Shown: piece after piece, positions 62,647-64,000 of the stretch
Layout: each line of letters opens with the position of its first letter
Position numbering within the stretch: position 1 is the stretch's first letter
Assembly: GCA_964605035.1 (NCBI GenBank)
Contig: CAZSBA010000002.1
Span: 29 to 64,028 of the forward strand
DNA length: 64,000 nt
Source: an uncultured Proteiniphilum sp.
Lineage (GTDB): Bacteria > Bacteroidota > Bacteroidia > Bacteroidales > Dysgonomonadaceae
Direction of reading: 5' to 3'
The notes under the pieces: model-generated
Databases searched by the model: none
What the model was told of the DNA's origin: nothing
What the model saw: only the letters and a program-made list of their open reading frames with translations
Made by a program: the position numbers and the translations under genes

Positions 62647-63462
62647 CTAATTTCTTAGCCCTGTAGCACTTTTCAAAACAGCTCTTATTGAACCTATATT
62701 AAGGCTTGTATCAATAATTATGGGGATGCGATTACTATCGTTTGTGAGCGAAGCTTTCAGGGCATCCTTCTGATTTGTGAATGCATCATCATGTATAGTT
62801 AAAGAGAGGTCAATTACCTCATATCTTTTACCATCATTTGCTTTTATATTTGAAATACCCTGATAATTAACATACATATTAACCGCTTTCTTGCCTGAGA
62901 TAAATTGAATAAACTTCCTGTCGCCCGGTTTCATACCCGAAAAGTCGATATTCCTTATCATAGACAAAACTGATAGATAGTCGTAGGTACATATTTCAGT
63001 TTCAATCACTTCGTCAAATCTCTCATCTCCATTGAAGTGCCTTAGAGTTCTGATTTTTATATTATTACCATCATAGGTGTACGACTGTCTTTCGATTGAA
63101 TGATCGCCACCTTCATGTGCTTCTTTCGTAAATAATAATGGCCGCATATCCTTATCGATATACGACGTAAGAGTATCGTTAACAGAATAAATATTCCCTG
63201 CTAATCCGGATGTGTTAAGCAACATAACAGTCTTTAGTGAATTTACACCTCTGTAGTTCGACTCTGTAACCGAAAGTGAACCTTTACCTGCACGTGCTCT
63301 AAAAATACCAAAATTAAAGTATAGATCATATTCGATATTTTCGCCACTAGCAAATGCAGTGTTGTTTATTACACATTGAGCCTTTGCCAATTGAATAAAT
63401 ACCGGTTGAAAAACGAATAATAAAAGAAGTAATGAAAATATTGATGTAGTTTTTTTTATCAT
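62647..63462 (-). CDS. DUF3108 domain protein
   Basis: Signal peptide; FASGENIEYDLYFNFG, VNDTLTSY and TNDSNRIPI patterns. Confidence 0.75.
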   Translation of the reverse strand: MIKKTTSIFSLLLLLFVFQPVFIQLAKAQCVINNTAFASGENIEYDLYFNFGIFRARAGKGSLSVTESNYRGVNSLKTVMLLNTSGLAGNIYSVNDTLTSYIDKDMRPLLFTKEAHEGGDHSIERQSYTYDGNNIKIRTLRHFNGDERFDEVIETEICTYDYLSVLSMIRNIDFSGMKPGDRKFIQFISGKKAVNMYVNYQGISNIKANDGKRYEVIDLSLTIHDDAFTNQKDALKASLTNDSNRIPIIIDTSLNIGSIRAVLKSATGLRN

Positions 63463-63493
63463 AAAAATAAAGATTTACATTAGTGTTGCACTA

Positions 63494-64000
63494 TCACATA
63501 CCTCTTATGCCTCCTCCTAAACCTTGCATTGGTGAACTTTGGCGATTTTGCTGCTGTTGCTGCTCTCTCTCTTCATTAGGATTCCTGCGTTGTTTCTCTT
63601 GTGGTTTATTTATCGTTATCTCAAGCGGTTTTTGCTTTATTACAGGAACAGCAAGTAGGTTCCAATCCTCTATATGATCTGAGTAAGCCCTTATTACAAA
63701 TTTATCCGGATAGTAATAAACCTTCTCCGGCTGACGCAACTCCTCATAACTTCCTGTTGTCCATAAACCATCTTCATTATCATCAATAATAAGTCGAGCA
63801 TATATTTCACCAGGAGACAAATCCTGAAATCTTACAACATCTCCTTTGACGTCGCTTTTTCGAAAAGGTTTATCCGAACTATTCAACAACTCCACGAAAG
63901 CCTTTTTACCTTCGGGTACTCCCGAAATGGAAATTTGAAGGTTACCATACTGATCAAGATCCTTAACCGTAAATGATTGCTCGTATGTGTTGTTCCATAA
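63494..64000 (-). CDS. C-terminal part of a Bacteroidetes Ig-like-domain envelope protein (starts beyond the window edge)
   Basis: The frame stays open from 64000 (LWNNTYEQSF...). Motif RLIIDDNEDGLWTTG...QPEKVYY. Confidence 0.7.
   Translation of the reverse strand, partial: LWNNTYEQSFTVKDLDQYGNLQISISGVPEGKKAFVELLNSSDKPFRKSDVKGDVVRFQDLSPGEIYARLIIDDNEDGLWTTGSYEELRQPEKVYYYPDKFVIRAYSDHIEDWNLLAVPVIKQKPLEITINKPQEKQRRNPNEEREQQQQQNRQSSPMQGLGGGIRGM

Overview
A 64-kb, AT-rich chromosomal segment of a Bacteroidales bacterium. The gene content, gene order and TAnnTTTG promoters fit a Dysgonomonadaceae/Porphyromonadaceae-like organism (inference). It is almost entirely densely packed housekeeping DNA: mnmA, hflX, pth-rplY, nusB-yajC-coaE, leuS, pyrE-comF-recX-prmC-ribD, porG-uppS-bamA-skp-skp, the MoxR/Bat operon, lipAB, tgt-lptF/G, a Phe/Tyr biosynthesis operon, dnaE-trxA, and rex-FAH-porV-ispF. 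I found no rRNA, tRNA, CRISPR array, transposase, integrase or defence island, and I cannot support a wholly new multi-gene system. The most interesting signals are small or non-coding. (1) An unannotated dual Phe/Tyr leader peptide (MYNSSFASYFGFYFYFSR) with a terminator and an overlapping antiterminator controls the pheA-aminotransferase-DAHP synthase/CM-tyrA operon. (2) An unexplained ~120-165 nt rod-like RNA in the pheA-dnaE gap buries a perfect Shine-Dalgarno sequence. (3) A switch-like structured 5' leader lies at the left edge. (4) An ectoine-type aspartokinase has no ect genes beside it. (5) batD and batE are fused in frame, with an A7 run at the junction. (6) porV is present without its usual neighbour porU. 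(7) BamA carries a (GGY)n loop.
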